From a virus: DNA of 45,531 bases. This document shows, piece by piece, positions 1 to 8,762 of this stretch (its first letter is position 1; every line of letters begins with the position of its first letter). Made by a program: the position numbers and the translations under genes. The notes under the pieces are model-generated. The model did not search any database and was not told the origin of the DNA. It saw nothing but the letters and a program-made list of their open reading frames with translations. Location of the stretch: IMG/VR virus record IMGVR_UViG_3300021440_000007, positions 1 to 45,531 of that record. One strand, written 5' to 3'.

Positions 1-127
1 GCCCGTTTGATCGGCAATGGATAGGTACCACTTAGCCTCCCGCATGTTCCACAGGAAGCGGAGGAGGTACTCCCGACCGTCCAGGATAGTCCGTTGGGTA
101 TAGCCGGAAAGCTCTGTAGAGGTGTTG
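1..127. repeat. Terminal direct repeat, copy 1 (identical to 45405-45531)
   Basis: Read directly: gcccgtttgatcggcaatgg...gctctgtagaggtgttg occurs at both contig ends. It is 127 nt with no mismatch seen, so the unique genome length is 45,404 bp. Confidence 0.9.
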
Positions 128-145
128 ATGATTCGGAGAGCCACG

Positions 146-859
146 CTAGCCTCCAGCCTTGTGTAAGAGTCCGAGCCCTGTGAACCGCTCTAGGAGCTGG
201 GCCGCCACGGAAGCTTGTTCGGGAGGGGCCTCCACGGTTGCCTGGGCTCCACGGTTGCGGGCCCTCTCTCCCCGAGTCTCCACGGGTTCGGGTAGGTCTA
301 CGGTTTGGCCTTCGGCCGTTCGGAGTTCCGCAAACTCCAAGGAGATATCCACGGAGTCCCGGCCCTCTCGGAGCGTTTGGATATCCTCCAGGATCATTTG
401 GTTGTACTGATCAACCGAGGTGATCACGGTCAAGATCGTGGCGTTGTTCTGGAGGTCTTTCAGTTGTTGCCGGACGGCCGCAACCCGGTCAAAGGGTTGG
501 GAGAACTGAAGGACGTTAGCTTGGGCCGTGCGGGTAGTGGTTTGCCTCTTGGCCGGTTCCACATTGCCGGACTCGCTTACTGTGGCGCCGGTGGTGATCT
601 CAAACTCGGAGCCTTGCAAGCTCAAAGGAGCAACGGCTCCGTTAGCTCCATCAACCCCGGGGCTAACAATGGGGTGATTAGTTACCTGGACCTCCAGGGT
701 TAGCCGGTCCCGGTCTTTCCGGAAGTGGTCCGAAATGTTGGCCCCTACTTCTACCGTGTGCTCGGTAGCGGTTCCGGAGTTGCTGTGGTTCTCCTTCAAC
801 GTGGCGTCAAAGACCACGCTCCGGAACTCCCCCACCACTTCGTAGAGAATGGACGCCAT
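146..859 (-). CDS. Baseplate hub / tail-tube initiator, Dit-like (sits where Mu has its DNA-circulation protein)
   Basis: 237-aa ORF immediately downstream of the tape measure. The N-terminal TEHTVEVGANISDH resembles the TEHPVE-G-x-ISDH signature I recall for Dit-like/DNA-circulation N-domains. Not searched. Confidence 0.5.
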   Translation of the reverse strand: MASILYEVVGEFRSVVFDATLKENHSNSGTATEHTVEVGANISDHFRKDRDRLTLEVQVTNHPIVSPGVDGANGAVAPLSLQGSEFEITTGATVSESGNVEPAKRQTTTRTAQANVLQFSQPFDRVAAVRQQLKDLQNNATILTVITSVDQYNQMILEDIQTLREGRDSVDISLEFAELRTAEGQTVDLPEPVETRGERARNRGAQATVEAPPEQASVAAQLLERFTGLGLLHKAGG

Positions 860-862
860 AGG

Positions 863-2419
863 CTAACCCTCCTCTTCTGGGACGGCTTCTTGAGCCAAGG
901 CCGCGGCCGTGGCCCGGTCCCTATCGGTCAACACCTTGGTTACTGAACGTTCAATGTTGGTGAGGAGGGAACGCTCCGAGCCCGGAGGAACCTGGATAAC
1001 CACGGAGGTACTATTGGAGACTGTGTTGGCCTGGGCCACCTTCTTACCCCCGGCCTCCAGTCCGGGCTCCCTCCCTGGAATGGCAAGGGTGCGGGGCCGA
1101 GTACGTCCAACCCTACGCGCGATCCCAGACTCCACATCCGAGCGGGTAGCGTTGATCTCCCCCGTACCGATCGCGGCTTTCCGAGTCTCCAAGAACCGGG
1201 CCCGGGCTTGCTCCCGGGTCTCTCCCTTGTTGATAGTCATACGGCCAGCAAGCGCGGCCCCACGGTCCTGGCCCCGGGAGATTTCCCCCGCGTCTATAAT
1301 ATTTTGCTTTGCCCACCAAGGCTTTTCATCCGCGGAGGTATCCATTCCGAGGAAGTCCTTTAGAGCCCACTTGGCGTCCGAGATCATTAGGATCAAACCC
1401 TCCCAAGAATCGGTCAACCCCAACACCAAGCCTTGGGCCGTACCCAGCCCAAACATTTCATCTATGAAGCCCCCGATAACGGACTTACCTCCAGCAAACA
1501 AAGTGATTAGATCATCCAATAACAGAATGATAAACCCAATCCCCAGGGCAAACACCGCGGCCGTTGCGATAGGGACCGCAAACCCTGCCAAGAACTTTAC
1601 TCCGAAACCCAAGGCCGCCGCACCCAATACCCCCAGGGCTACCGTAGCAATGTTGGATTTCTTGATCATGTTGGAGACGGCTCCAGACACATCGTTTAGC
1701 AGGTCAACCACGGCGGTAAAGCTAGGGAGTATGGAGCCCGCAATCCGAGCCTTGATGCTGAATAGCGAGGTGTCCAGCTTGTCCATTTCATCCCCGAACT
1801 CGTCTGCCGCCGCGATCATTTCAGGAGTGGCCCCACCCCCGAGCTTTTCAAACTCCTTGCGTAGCTCCTCCACACCGGCCGCGCCTTGGGTCAATAGAGG
1901 GAGGAGCTTTGCTCCCGACCGGCCGAACAAACCAGAAGCAACTCCGGCCCGATCGGCTGGGTTCTCAATCTTGGAGAAGCCCTCCGCAATCTCCGGGAGC
2001 AAAGCCTCCAAGCCCCGGGTATTCCCCTGGGCATCCTTGATGCTTACCCCCAACCGCCTAAACACATCCGCTTGACCCTTACCCCCTTGGGCCGCCCCGT
2101 CTAGGTTACGGTTTAGGATCACCATGGCCCCGGAGAGTTCCCCCGCATCAATACCCACTAGCTTAGCGGCATAACGCCACTCTTGTAAGGCCGTGGTATT
2201 GATCCCTAGGACCGCGGAGGTATCTGTTAGCTCCCCGCCCACCTCCGCCATTTCGTTGACAAAGTGGGTCAAAGCCCCAACTACAGCCCCTCCAGCAAGA
2301 ACGGCGCCCAGGGTTTTGAGTGAGCCAATAGCCTGATCAACTCCGGAGGTCATACCCCCGAGTTTCTTATCATCCACCTCAATACCGAAGCGGGCCAGGA
2401 CTTCACGTAAGACGGTCAT
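863..2419 (-). CDS. Tail tape measure protein
   Basis: 518 aa, follows the G/G-T chaperone pair with an ATGA overlap. It has an Ala/Gly-rich helical N-half and a central hydrophobic block (ALGVLGAAALGFGVKFLAGFAVPIATAAVFALGIGFIILLL). Confidence 0.8.
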   Translation of the reverse strand: MTVLREVLARFGIEVDDKKLGGMTSGVDQAIGSLKTLGAVLAGGAVVGALTHFVNEMAEVGGELTDTSAVLGINTTALQEWRYAAKLVGIDAGELSGAMVILNRNLDGAAQGGKGQADVFRRLGVSIKDAQGNTRGLEALLPEIAEGFSKIENPADRAGVASGLFGRSGAKLLPLLTQGAAGVEELRKEFEKLGGGATPEMIAAADEFGDEMDKLDTSLFSIKARIAGSILPSFTAVVDLLNDVSGAVSNMIKKSNIATVALGVLGAAALGFGVKFLAGFAVPIATAAVFALGIGFIILLLDDLITLFAGGKSVIGGFIDEMFGLGTAQGLVLGLTDSWEGLILMISDAKWALKDFLGMDTSADEKPWWAKQNIIDAGEISRGQDRGAALAGRMTINKGETREQARARFLETRKAAIGTGEINATRSDVESGIARRVGRTRPRTLAIPGREPGLEAGGKKVAQANTVSNSTSVVIQVPPGSERSLLTNIERSVTKVLTDRDRATAAALAQEAVPEEEG

Positions 2420-3116
2420 TTGGATTTGGGTGGAGTATACCGCTTGGCCTCCAGCTCCTCCATAAGGTCTAGTGTTTGATGCGCGTCAAGGAAATCCAGG
2501 AGGGTCCACTGGGTCTCCAACTCGGACAAGCTCGCCCCGAAGCGGGGGCTGGAGGCTATCCTCCACACTTCCCAATCCAAACCCTCGGGGATCTCAAAGG
2601 TTATGAAGCCAGGTCCGCCGCGTTTGGATCTGCCGCCTTTGCCTTTCGGCTTAGCGGCAATACGCCTAAAAAATCCTTGAAGTTGACCTCCAAGGCAAAG
2701 GCGATCCACTTGGTGAACTCGGAGTAGTTCCCCGAGAAATGTTCCTCCTGGGTTTCCAGGGTGAGCTGGAGAGCCCTCTCCCCGCCTAGGTGGACTTCGG
2801 AACATGCTCCGAAGGTAGCGGCCAAGTCCTCCACCAACTCCGAGGAGAGCCGGCTAGAGAACTCCTGGAGAGCTTCCGCGAGGGTCTTCCCCTCCATGTC
2901 CAGGACACTCCAGCCCACGGGCTCCCCCGTCTCTCCCGTTCCGATCGTGGCCCGGGCTCGGAGCCCCTTGGTATCCACCCCGGAAAGGATAGGGGCCAGA
3001 GTGGGGCCCAGGAGCTTTAGGAGCTTGACCAAGATCCGGCGGCCCTCACTCGCGGGGCAAGTGGTCACGGAGTACCGGTGGTTACCTAGGAGGCGGGATT
3101 CCGTACGGAGGCCCAC
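2416..3116 (-). CDS. Tail assembly chaperone G-T fusion made by a -1 programmed frameshift (about 232 aa)
   Basis: Frame 0 reads ...AAG GAT TTT TTA GGC. After a -1 slip on T TTT TTA the reading continues FFRRIAAKPKGKGG...GFITFEIPEGLDWE, which is the 129-aa ORF 2416-2805. That ORF ends in an ATGA overlap with the tape-measure start. Confidence 0.65.
2601..3116 (-). CDS. Tail assembly chaperone, frame-0 product (gpG-like)
   Basis: 171-aa ORF between the tube and tape-measure genes. It overlaps a second ORF in the -1 frame, with a slippery heptamer near its 3' end. Confidence 0.7.
   Translation of the reverse strand: MGLRTESRLLGNHRYSVTTCPASEGRRILVKLLKLLGPTLAPILSGVDTKGLRARATIGTGETGEPVGWSVLDMEGKTLAEALQEFSSRLSSELVEDLAATFGACSEVHLGGERALQLTLETQEEHFSGNYSEFTKWIAFALEVNFKDFLGVLPLSRKAKAADPNAADLAS
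2667..2673 (-). promoter_or_regulatory. -1 ribosomal frameshift slippery heptamer T TTT TTA
   Basis: Plus strand taaaaaa at 2667-2673 is TTTTTTA on the coding strand. It is in X XXY YYZ register with the 171-aa frame (codons F149-L150). Confidence 0.65.
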
Positions 3117-3118
3117 GG

Positions 3119-3544
3119 CTAGTTACCCCCGATGAAGGGGATCAACTTGGCGCATCGGATTTGCCACTCAATGGACTGGGCTTGCTTCCCCAGACTTACG
3201 TCCGGTTGACGCACGATCCAGGCCTGGGCCGCTCGGAAGACGGTATCCCCTTGGCGGTCCCGAATGAACACCGCTCCTACTCCGGCGCCGTTGGGGAGGT
3301 TTTCATCCCGGGCCGCGATGGCCGAAAGGAGCGCGTTCGTCTTGCTTGTCTTCATCAAGACGAAAGTGATCGTGGCTCGCTTGTCCATGACCTTGGAGCG
3401 GCTCACTTCCCCGTCCGTTCCCACTACCTCCACGAAGTTGTCCGCAAGCTTCTCCACCCGGAGGAACTCGTCTTCCCCATAACCAGTGGGGATTACTCCC
3501 GCGAAGTTGAGGGAGTATTCTGTGGGGTCATATAGCGCGGTCAT
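3119..3544 (-). CDS. Tail tube protein (DUF3277-like)
   Basis: 141 aa, between the sheath and the chaperones. Pattern GTDGEVSRS...ATITFVLMKTSKTNALLS...FIRDRQGDT...AWIVRQP matches my recollection of the myovirus tube family. Confidence 0.65.
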   Translation of the reverse strand: MTALYDPTEYSLNFAGVIPTGYGEDEFLRVEKLADNFVEVVGTDGEVSRSKVMDKRATITFVLMKTSKTNALLSAIAARDENLPNGAGVGAVFIRDRQGDTVFRAAQAWIVRQPDVSLGKQAQSIEWQIRCAKLIPFIGGN

Positions 3545-3565
3545 TGGATAGCCTCCTGATTACCC

Positions 3566-4876
3566 TTAGACGCTAAGGGTGCCTTCGATTCGGACGGAGT
3601 GGACCGCACCCTGGAGGGTAGCGGCAAACTTGATATCTGGGAGGATACGGTTAGCTCGGTTCTCCGTGGATACCGAGGCCACCAAGGGGGCCGTAACTGT
3701 GATGGAGCCATCCACCACAAACAGGGACGGAGGAGCTACGAACCCCTCCAACACGGAGAAGATCTCCCCGCGCATAGCATCCGTGGCCGAGTCCGTATAA
3801 GGCCACTTGTCCGCATTCGCGAGCAACCCAAAGACCCGTTCTTGAATGCGGGCTTTCAGGGCGTCCGTACCGATCACAATGTCGGTGTACCCACCGGCCG
3901 CGTTCTTACCTTCGATCGTGACGTTTAGTCCCGCGATCGTGGTGTAGAAGTTGAGGTTATGTCCCTTGAGGGTGGTCTCCTCCGTGGGGGTGAGAGTGTC
4001 CGGAGTAACCCCGGGCAAGTTCCGGAACTTCAGGGTAACCCCGCCGGGGGCCTTGGGGGCAACCGAGCCCACCAGGGAGGCCTGGGCGTACTTGCTGGCG
4101 TTCTTGGTGTAGAGGCCATGGGTTCGGGTGTATGCCGCGCTCTGTAGCGCACTGGCCAGGGTGCCCGTACCCGAACGCTCCCCGTAGTCCGAGGTCTGAT
4201 AGAAAAAATGTTTTGTCCGGGTCTCCGCCCAGGCCGCGGCTAGAGCCACGTTGGCCGGGGAGTTGGTGTCCAGGATGAAGTAGTACCAATCATCCACGAT
4301 CAACTGGAGCGCGGAGAGTTCATCATCATAGTTCGCGTCTGCCGTGGTCTCATTGACCACACAGTTTTCCAGATCGTAGAGGAAGAACACTCCGCCCGGA
4401 GTTGCTGGGGTGATCGTGATATCCGCCACGGAAGCGGAGGAGGTGATCCCGGTGTAGGCTTCGATCAAAGCCTCCACAGCCACAGCCACGGAGGTAAGAG
4501 TGGCCGCGGCCAACACGGTGTAATCCAGCGTGTTGATCGTACCATCGGGGCCTAGGAGTTTGGCTTTGATGTGTTGGCCTTCCACGTTGGACGTAATGGT
4601 CAACACGTTGGTCAAGGTGTGCGCGGCTGGCAACCGCCCCACGCGTACGGATGCGGGCCGGGGGTTCTGGCCAAAGGCACTTTGAGCCATCAAGTAGGCG
4701 GCCTCGGTTGCTACGAACCCATCCGTAAGCATTCCGGAAAGGTCCGTGTAAAGCCGGGACTTTTCTGGGAAGTGGTTGTGGTAGGCCAAGATCAACAACA
4801 AGCCGAAGCCCGCCGCGGTAGGCGTGCGTGAGTTGCTGGTGATTGTGATCGTTACGATATCTGAAATGCCGGCCAT
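3566..4876 (-). CDS. Tail sheath protein (DUF3383-like)
   Basis: 436 aa, immediately upstream of the tube gene. N-terminus DIVTITITSNSRTPTAAGFGLLLIL is typical of this sheath family. Synteny: sheath-tube-chaperone-TMP. Confidence 0.65.
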   Translation of the reverse strand: MAGISDIVTITITSNSRTPTAAGFGLLLILAYHNHFPEKSRLYTDLSGMLTDGFVATEAAYLMAQSAFGQNPRPASVRVGRLPAAHTLTNVLTITSNVEGQHIKAKLLGPDGTINTLDYTVLAAATLTSVAVAVEALIEAYTGITSSASVADITITPATPGGVFFLYDLENCVVNETTADANYDDELSALQLIVDDWYYFILDTNSPANVALAAAWAETRTKHFFYQTSDYGERSGTGTLASALQSAAYTRTHGLYTKNASKYAQASLVGSVAPKAPGGVTLKFRNLPGVTPDTLTPTEETTLKGHNLNFYTTIAGLNVTIEGKNAAGGYTDIVIGTDALKARIQERVFGLLANADKWPYTDSATDAMRGEIFSVLEGFVAPPSLFVVDGSITVTAPLVASVSTENRANRILPDIKFAATLQGAVHSVRIEGTLSV

Positions 4877-4891
4877 GGCTTAGGCTCCGGG

Positions 4892-5494
4892 TTATGGGAC
4901 TGGGAGGGGAGGGATCGTTTCGTCCATTTGCAAAGCATCCGGGAGGTTTACTCCGTCCGGGCTTTTCAAATACTCCGAAGAAACTTCTACGTGGTTGATG
5001 TAATCAGAGCTGGAAACTGTGTCCATTTCATTTTCCAGGGAGGAGAAACGGATCTCCACTTGGGAGCATCCAATCTCGCGGCCTTCCATGATGTAGTCCA
5101 CATCCAACTGGGGGCCGCAGTCCAGGTACACCGCGCGCGCAGTCCGGAGGGTGTCCCGGTTCTGGGCTCGGCCAATGCGGGTAACTAGTCGGGAGGCCAA
5201 AGCCCCAGCATCAACTCCAGGGACCTGGGTCTCCGTCTCAATCCGGACTTGTACAACCCAGGTTCTATTACCTACTTGAACGGGGATGTTTTCATCCGTC
5301 TCCGCGTTGTACTCATAGCGGGTTTCATCCACCCCGATTTGCCCCCGGGTGCGTAGCTTCAAGAAGACCCGAGGGGAGTTCTTCCACGTACCCCCTAGGT
5401 TGGTCTTTCTCCACACCACGTCCGTAGCCAGGGGAATCTCCAGGCAAGCCTGGACAACCGCGCGGGTAGCCTCCTGTATTGCGGCCCAGTCCAT
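4892..5494 (-). CDS. Putative tail terminator / tail completion protein
   Basis: 200-aa ORF just upstream of the sheath gene. Assignment is by position only. Confidence 0.35.
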   Translation of the reverse strand: MDWAAIQEATRAVVQACLEIPLATDVVWRKTNLGGTWKNSPRVFLKLRTRGQIGVDETRYEYNAETDENIPVQVGNRTWVVQVRIETETQVPGVDAGALASRLVTRIGRAQNRDTLRTARAVYLDCGPQLDVDYIMEGREIGCSQVEIRFSSLENEMDTVSSSDYINHVEVSSEYLKSPDGVNLPDALQMDETIPPLPVP

Positions 5495-5496
5495 GG

Positions 5497-5976
5497 TTAG
5501 GTCCCCATTCCTTGGAGGAGTTTTTCCAAGGTGAAAGTGATAGCGCTACGGAACTGGCCGGAAGCAATCAAAGGGGTGGAGCTTTCCTTCCGGGCGATCG
5601 TGGACTCCGCATTGGGAGGAGCAATCCCGGAGGCTATACGGGTTTGGATCAAGCCCACATACTTTACCCCAAGGAGTTGGATTCCTTGTTCCGCCGTCAT
5701 TTCTAGGAGGATAACTTTCCTCATTACCTTCCGGAGATCTTCCTCAATCATGGGCTTATTAGCGTCCACCCAGTCCCGCAACCAAGAGCGCTCCGGCTGG
5801 CCCAGACCTAGCTCCGAAAACGTAGCGATATCCCCCACGGTTAGTAGGGGGGACTCTTCATGGGGCTCTACCGCTTCCTTACCTTGAACCCCCACCAAGA
5901 TAGACGCGGGCTTGGCCTTTAGCGCTTTGAGCAACCGCTTAGCTCCCCGGTCTGTATCTCGGATAGTGTTACCCAC
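5497..5976 (-). CDS. Head-tail adaptor / virion morphogenesis protein (HK97 gp10-like)
   Basis: 159 aa in the connector block. The C-terminal PLIASGQFRSAITF resembles the gp10-family motif. Low-resolution call. Confidence 0.4.
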   Translation of the reverse strand: MGNTIRDTDRGAKRLLKALKAKPASILVGVQGKEAVEPHEESPLLTVGDIATFSELGLGQPERSWLRDWVDANKPMIEEDLRKVMRKVILLEMTAEQGIQLLGVKYVGLIQTRIASGIAPPNAESTIARKESSTPLIASGQFRSAITFTLEKLLQGMGT

Positions 5977-6263
5977 TAGGTTACCCGGAAGCCGGAGGCC
6001 ACGCGTTTCTTCATGGTCTGGAGATCATCCCAATAAAGGGTCTTGCCCCCGTTATCGGAGATCTTCATGGCGCGGCCGGTGGGGCTCTTGGCGAGCAAGT
6101 CCGCGGCCCGGTATAGAACCCCCTGGGTAAACAACTCTCCCCACACCTCCGCGTCCGTACGTTGGACCGCTTGATCCAGTTTGGATTGGATCAAGGTTTC
6201 GGCCGCCCCGGTAAACTCGGGGAAGGCCACCAAGAACTCCGCGGGGGTGGGGATAGCAGCCAT
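5976..6263 (-). CDS. Head-tail connector protein (DUF4054-like)
   Basis: 95 aa. PTPAEFLVAFPEFTGAAETLIQSKLDQA... resembles the DUF4054 N-terminus. Lies downstream of the capsid gene. Confidence 0.45.
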   Translation of the reverse strand: MAAIPTPAEFLVAFPEFTGAAETLIQSKLDQAVQRTDAEVWGELFTQGVLYRAADLLAKSPTGRAMKISDNGGKTLYWDDLQTMKKRVASGFRVT

Positions 6264-6268
6264 GGGGG

Positions 6269-6736
6269 TTAGACCGTTTCGGTAAGGGTGAGGTCTTCTG
6301 CAAGGCCTGGATCGGAATCGTCCGAGTCAAACCCCATGCCCATCAAGCGGGCCTTGAGGGTCTCCAAGATCTCGGGACGGTCTTCCGTGAGGAGCCATCC
6401 CTGGAGGACGGCCGCGTCTTGCTCTACGGCCACCATTGCCTCCGCCGCTTCGGGGGTACGATCGGCCAAGGTGGACGGAGCTACAGGGCCCTGGGGCTTC
6501 TTGACCTCTGCCACACTTCTGGCCAGGTCCATCACTTCGATCCACTTGAGCTTTTTCCAGGAGCGCCACACCTGGCCCGCTCCGTTGTCCAGCTTGTCCA
6601 AGGCCGCAAGGTACCCCGGGTGGACGTTGTTTCCCCCGGGGGAAAGCCGGACCGGTTCAAATCCTTCTACGTCCGGAGGGGTCAAGAAGGTTTCCCGGAA
6701 GTTCATCACTCGTTGCAGCTCTGGTGTTTTTGCCAC
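6269..6736 (-). CDS. Hypothetical virion-module protein (GTG start)
   Basis: 155-aa ORF. A GTG start is preceded by AGGAGAG at about 6 nt. Acidic C-terminus. Confidence 0.6.
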   Translation of the reverse strand: MAKTPELQRVMNFRETFLTPPDVEGFEPVRLSPGGNNVHPGYLAALDKLDNGAGQVWRSWKKLKWIEVMDLARSVAEVKKPQGPVAPSTLADRTPEAAEAMVAVEQDAAVLQGWLLTEDRPEILETLKARLMGMGFDSDDSDPGLAEDLTLTETV

Positions 6737-6751
6737 GTTACTCTCCTAGTT

Positions 6752-6802
6752 ATAAAAACAAAGGGCCAGGACCGGAGTTTAGCAAGCTCCGAGCCCCGGC
6801 CC
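6752..6802 (-). terminator. Intrinsic terminator after the major capsid gene
   Basis: On the minus strand, GGGCCGGGGCTCGGAG-cttgctaaa-CTCCGGTCCTGGCCC is followed by TTTGTTTTTAT. The stem is GC-rich but imperfect (outer 5 bp and inner 5 bp perfect). Confidence 0.6.
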
Positions 6803-6830
6803 CTTGGTGATCTGCTTTCATGGGAGGGGG

Positions 6831-7769
6831 TTAGATACCGTCCATGTAGGCAATGGCCAACGGGTATCGAATGACCGTGCCACCGATACGTGAGTGACAG
6901 TTTACCACGAACGCGAGGTTTCGCGGCTGGGGTGGGAGTTGCTCAAACTCCAGCGGGATCTCCAACTCCAAGATCTCGGAGTCTCGGACGTACGCCACGA
7001 TCCGGCGGCCTCCGGCGGCGGAAGCTGTGTCCAGCTTGTTCCACTGATCGATGTTCCGGATATACGGGTTGGTGTCCAAGAAGACCCGGAGGATCGTCTT
7101 ACCCAGGTCCGCCCCGGTCGGGGTGGAGGCCAGGAGCGCGAAACTCGCGGTATCCAGGAGCAAAGTATCCGGACTGTGGACGGTGCCCGTAGCCGTCACG
7201 ATGGAGTTGACCAGCTTGTTTAGGTCCTTGAGAATGTTCTCCACCGAAGCGGAGGCCCAGGTCCCCGTATTCGGAGAAATGACCGGGACGTTAGGGTGAT
7301 TCAAGAACCCCATTTGCTGGGCCTGGGGCTTGCCGTAGGCGGCGATCTGATCCACCCCCGCCTCAATGGCCCGGCGGGCCATCTTAGCCCGGGCTAGGTC
7401 CAGTTGGGCCTGGGCCATAGCCGCCGCGCGTAGCTCTTGGATATCGTACTTGAAAGCCGAACCCAACGAGTGAACTGGGATCGTGAACTCCTTGGCCACC
7501 ACGTCCACCAAGGGGAGATCGTCCGCGGCATTCGCTACGATCTTGGCCATCCCGTAGCCGTCCCATTGACGGTAGGTGATTGACTGGGCTCCCGCGTTTG
7601 CCTCGTTGGACACGGGGATGAAGCGCCGGGCCCTCATTTCCGGATACTTCACGTCATAGGTCCGGCTCTTGACGTACTCCAGTTGCTTTCCGAGCAGGGC
7701 GGTTTCACGGGAATCCAACCGGCGCTCCGAGTTGGCGGAAATGAAAGCGGCGATCTGTACGGGGTTCAT
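6831..7769 (-). CDS. Major capsid protein (DUF2184-like)
   Basis: 312 aa. N-terminus ...LLGKQLEYVKSRTYDVKYPEMRARRFIPVS... matches my recollection of the DUF2184 coat family. It is followed by a strong terminator and lies downstream of the portal/scaffold genes. Confidence 0.7.
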   Translation of the reverse strand: MNPVQIAAFISANSERRLDSRETALLGKQLEYVKSRTYDVKYPEMRARRFIPVSNEANAGAQSITYRQWDGYGMAKIVANAADDLPLVDVVAKEFTIPVHSLGSAFKYDIQELRAAAMAQAQLDLARAKMARRAIEAGVDQIAAYGKPQAQQMGFLNHPNVPVISPNTGTWASASVENILKDLNKLVNSIVTATGTVHSPDTLLLDTASFALLASTPTGADLGKTILRVFLDTNPYIRNIDQWNKLDTASAAGGRRIVAYVRDSEILELEIPLEFEQLPPQPRNLAFVVNCHSRIGGTVIRYPLAIAYMDGI

Positions 7770-7835
7770 AGACTTATCCTCCTGGGTTGGGGCCTTTGAA
7801 CCCCGCGAAATCTTTGTGTGGGTGGGTCTTCAGGG

Positions 7836-8690
7836 TTAGCGGAGTGAGACCACGTTCAATCCGCCAATGGCGGACGTACGTAGGTATTTCCACTTGGCGC
7901 TCATATCCACGGCCGTGGAGCTATCCACGGTGGCGCGGAATGCTCCAAGTTGGGTGTTGGCTCCACTGGGAGCAATGCGGACGTACACCGATGAATCCGG
8001 GGTACACGCCTCCTCCGTAACAACCACGATTTGGCCCACCTCAAGAACTGGGACCGCATCCCCGTCCTTGAACTCGGCCGCGAGACTGTCCGGGGTTGTG
8101 AGGGCCGGTTCCCGGCCGGCCACATACTGGGCTACCCCGTCAATGTCTGCCGTGGTGAGGGTGTCCAGGACCGCGATCCCGATCGTGGCCGCTCCACCGG
8201 CGCCGGTCTGTGCGGGCTTGGTGAAGCTCACAAAGCGCCGGGCGTAGCCCACCGTGGTGGGAGCTGTGGAGGTAGCGATCGCGATCGTCTCGGAGACCTG
8301 CTTACCTTCATCGTTGATGTAGACGATCGTCCCGTTGGTGGGGTCCCAGTCCGTGGACGCGTCGAACGTCACGGAGAGCTTGCGGGCTGGCATCAAGTCC
8401 AGATTGGCCATCACACCGTCCTGGGTGGTGAAGGTCCCCGTGGCGGAGGTCATAGCCGTTGCGATGGCATCCGCGTCCGCCGCGATTCCACCCACCACGA
8501 TGTTATAGACCTGGCCCGGATCTTCGGTGTTGGGCGTTCCGGCCGAACCATAGCCCGGGACACGAAACACCGCGTAGCCCGCGCGGAGGTAGTTGTTGGC
8601 GATCCGGCTCTTGGTGTGTTTGACGATCGCGGTGTCTGCGATCATCCCGGGCCGCCCAATCGCGGGGTTCTGGCTGTATGAAAGTTGCAT
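7836..8690 (-). CDS. Head decoration/cement or auxiliary capsid protein (putative)
   Basis: 284-aa ORF between the scaffold-like and capsid genes. Gly/Ala/Thr-rich and probably beta-rich. Assignment by position. Confidence 0.4.
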   Translation of the reverse strand: MQLSYSQNPAIGRPGMIADTAIVKHTKSRIANNYLRAGYAVFRVPGYGSAGTPNTEDPGQVYNIVVGGIAADADAIATAMTSATGTFTTQDGVMANLDLMPARKLSVTFDASTDWDPTNGTIVYINDEGKQVSETIAIATSTAPTTVGYARRFVSFTKPAQTGAGGAATIGIAVLDTLTTADIDGVAQYVAGREPALTTPDSLAAEFKDGDAVPVLEVGQIVVVTEEACTPDSSVYVRIAPSGANTQLGAFRATVDSSTAVDMSAKWKYLRTSAIGGLNVVSLR

Positions 8691-8730
8691 GGTTTCTTAT
8701 CTCCGGAGTTGTGAATCTGTGGGCGGGTTC

Positions 8731-8756
8731 AAAATCCTAGGGACCGCTAGGGTCCC
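8731..8756 (-). terminator. Weak hairpin plus T-tract after the scaffold-like gene
   Basis: Minus strand GGGACC-ctagc-GGTCCC is followed 5 nt later by TTTT. The stem is short. Confidence 0.25.
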
Positions 8757-8762
8757 CGGGGG

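Noticed and set aside
1-127. Whether the 127-nt end repeat is a biological direct terminal repeat.
   Set aside because: The length equals a common maximum assembler k-mer, and the repeat falls inside the start of a gene rather than in a non-coding terminus. An assembly overlap of a circular or circularly permuted genome is more likely. This needs read-level confirmation.
909-2075. 388-aa plus-strand ORF antisense to the tape measure gene.
   Set aside because: It is Ser/Pro/Arg/Ala-rich junk-like sequence with no start context. Long antisense ORFs are expected in GC-rich coding DNA, and the minus-strand frame gives a coherent tape measure protein.
8275-8282. Whether the cyanobacterial HIP1 palindrome GCGATCGC could serve as a host clue.
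   Set aside because: I noticed only about two exact copies (here and near 19556), roughly what composition predicts. CGATCG is frequent but is not diagnostic, so the host remains unassigned.
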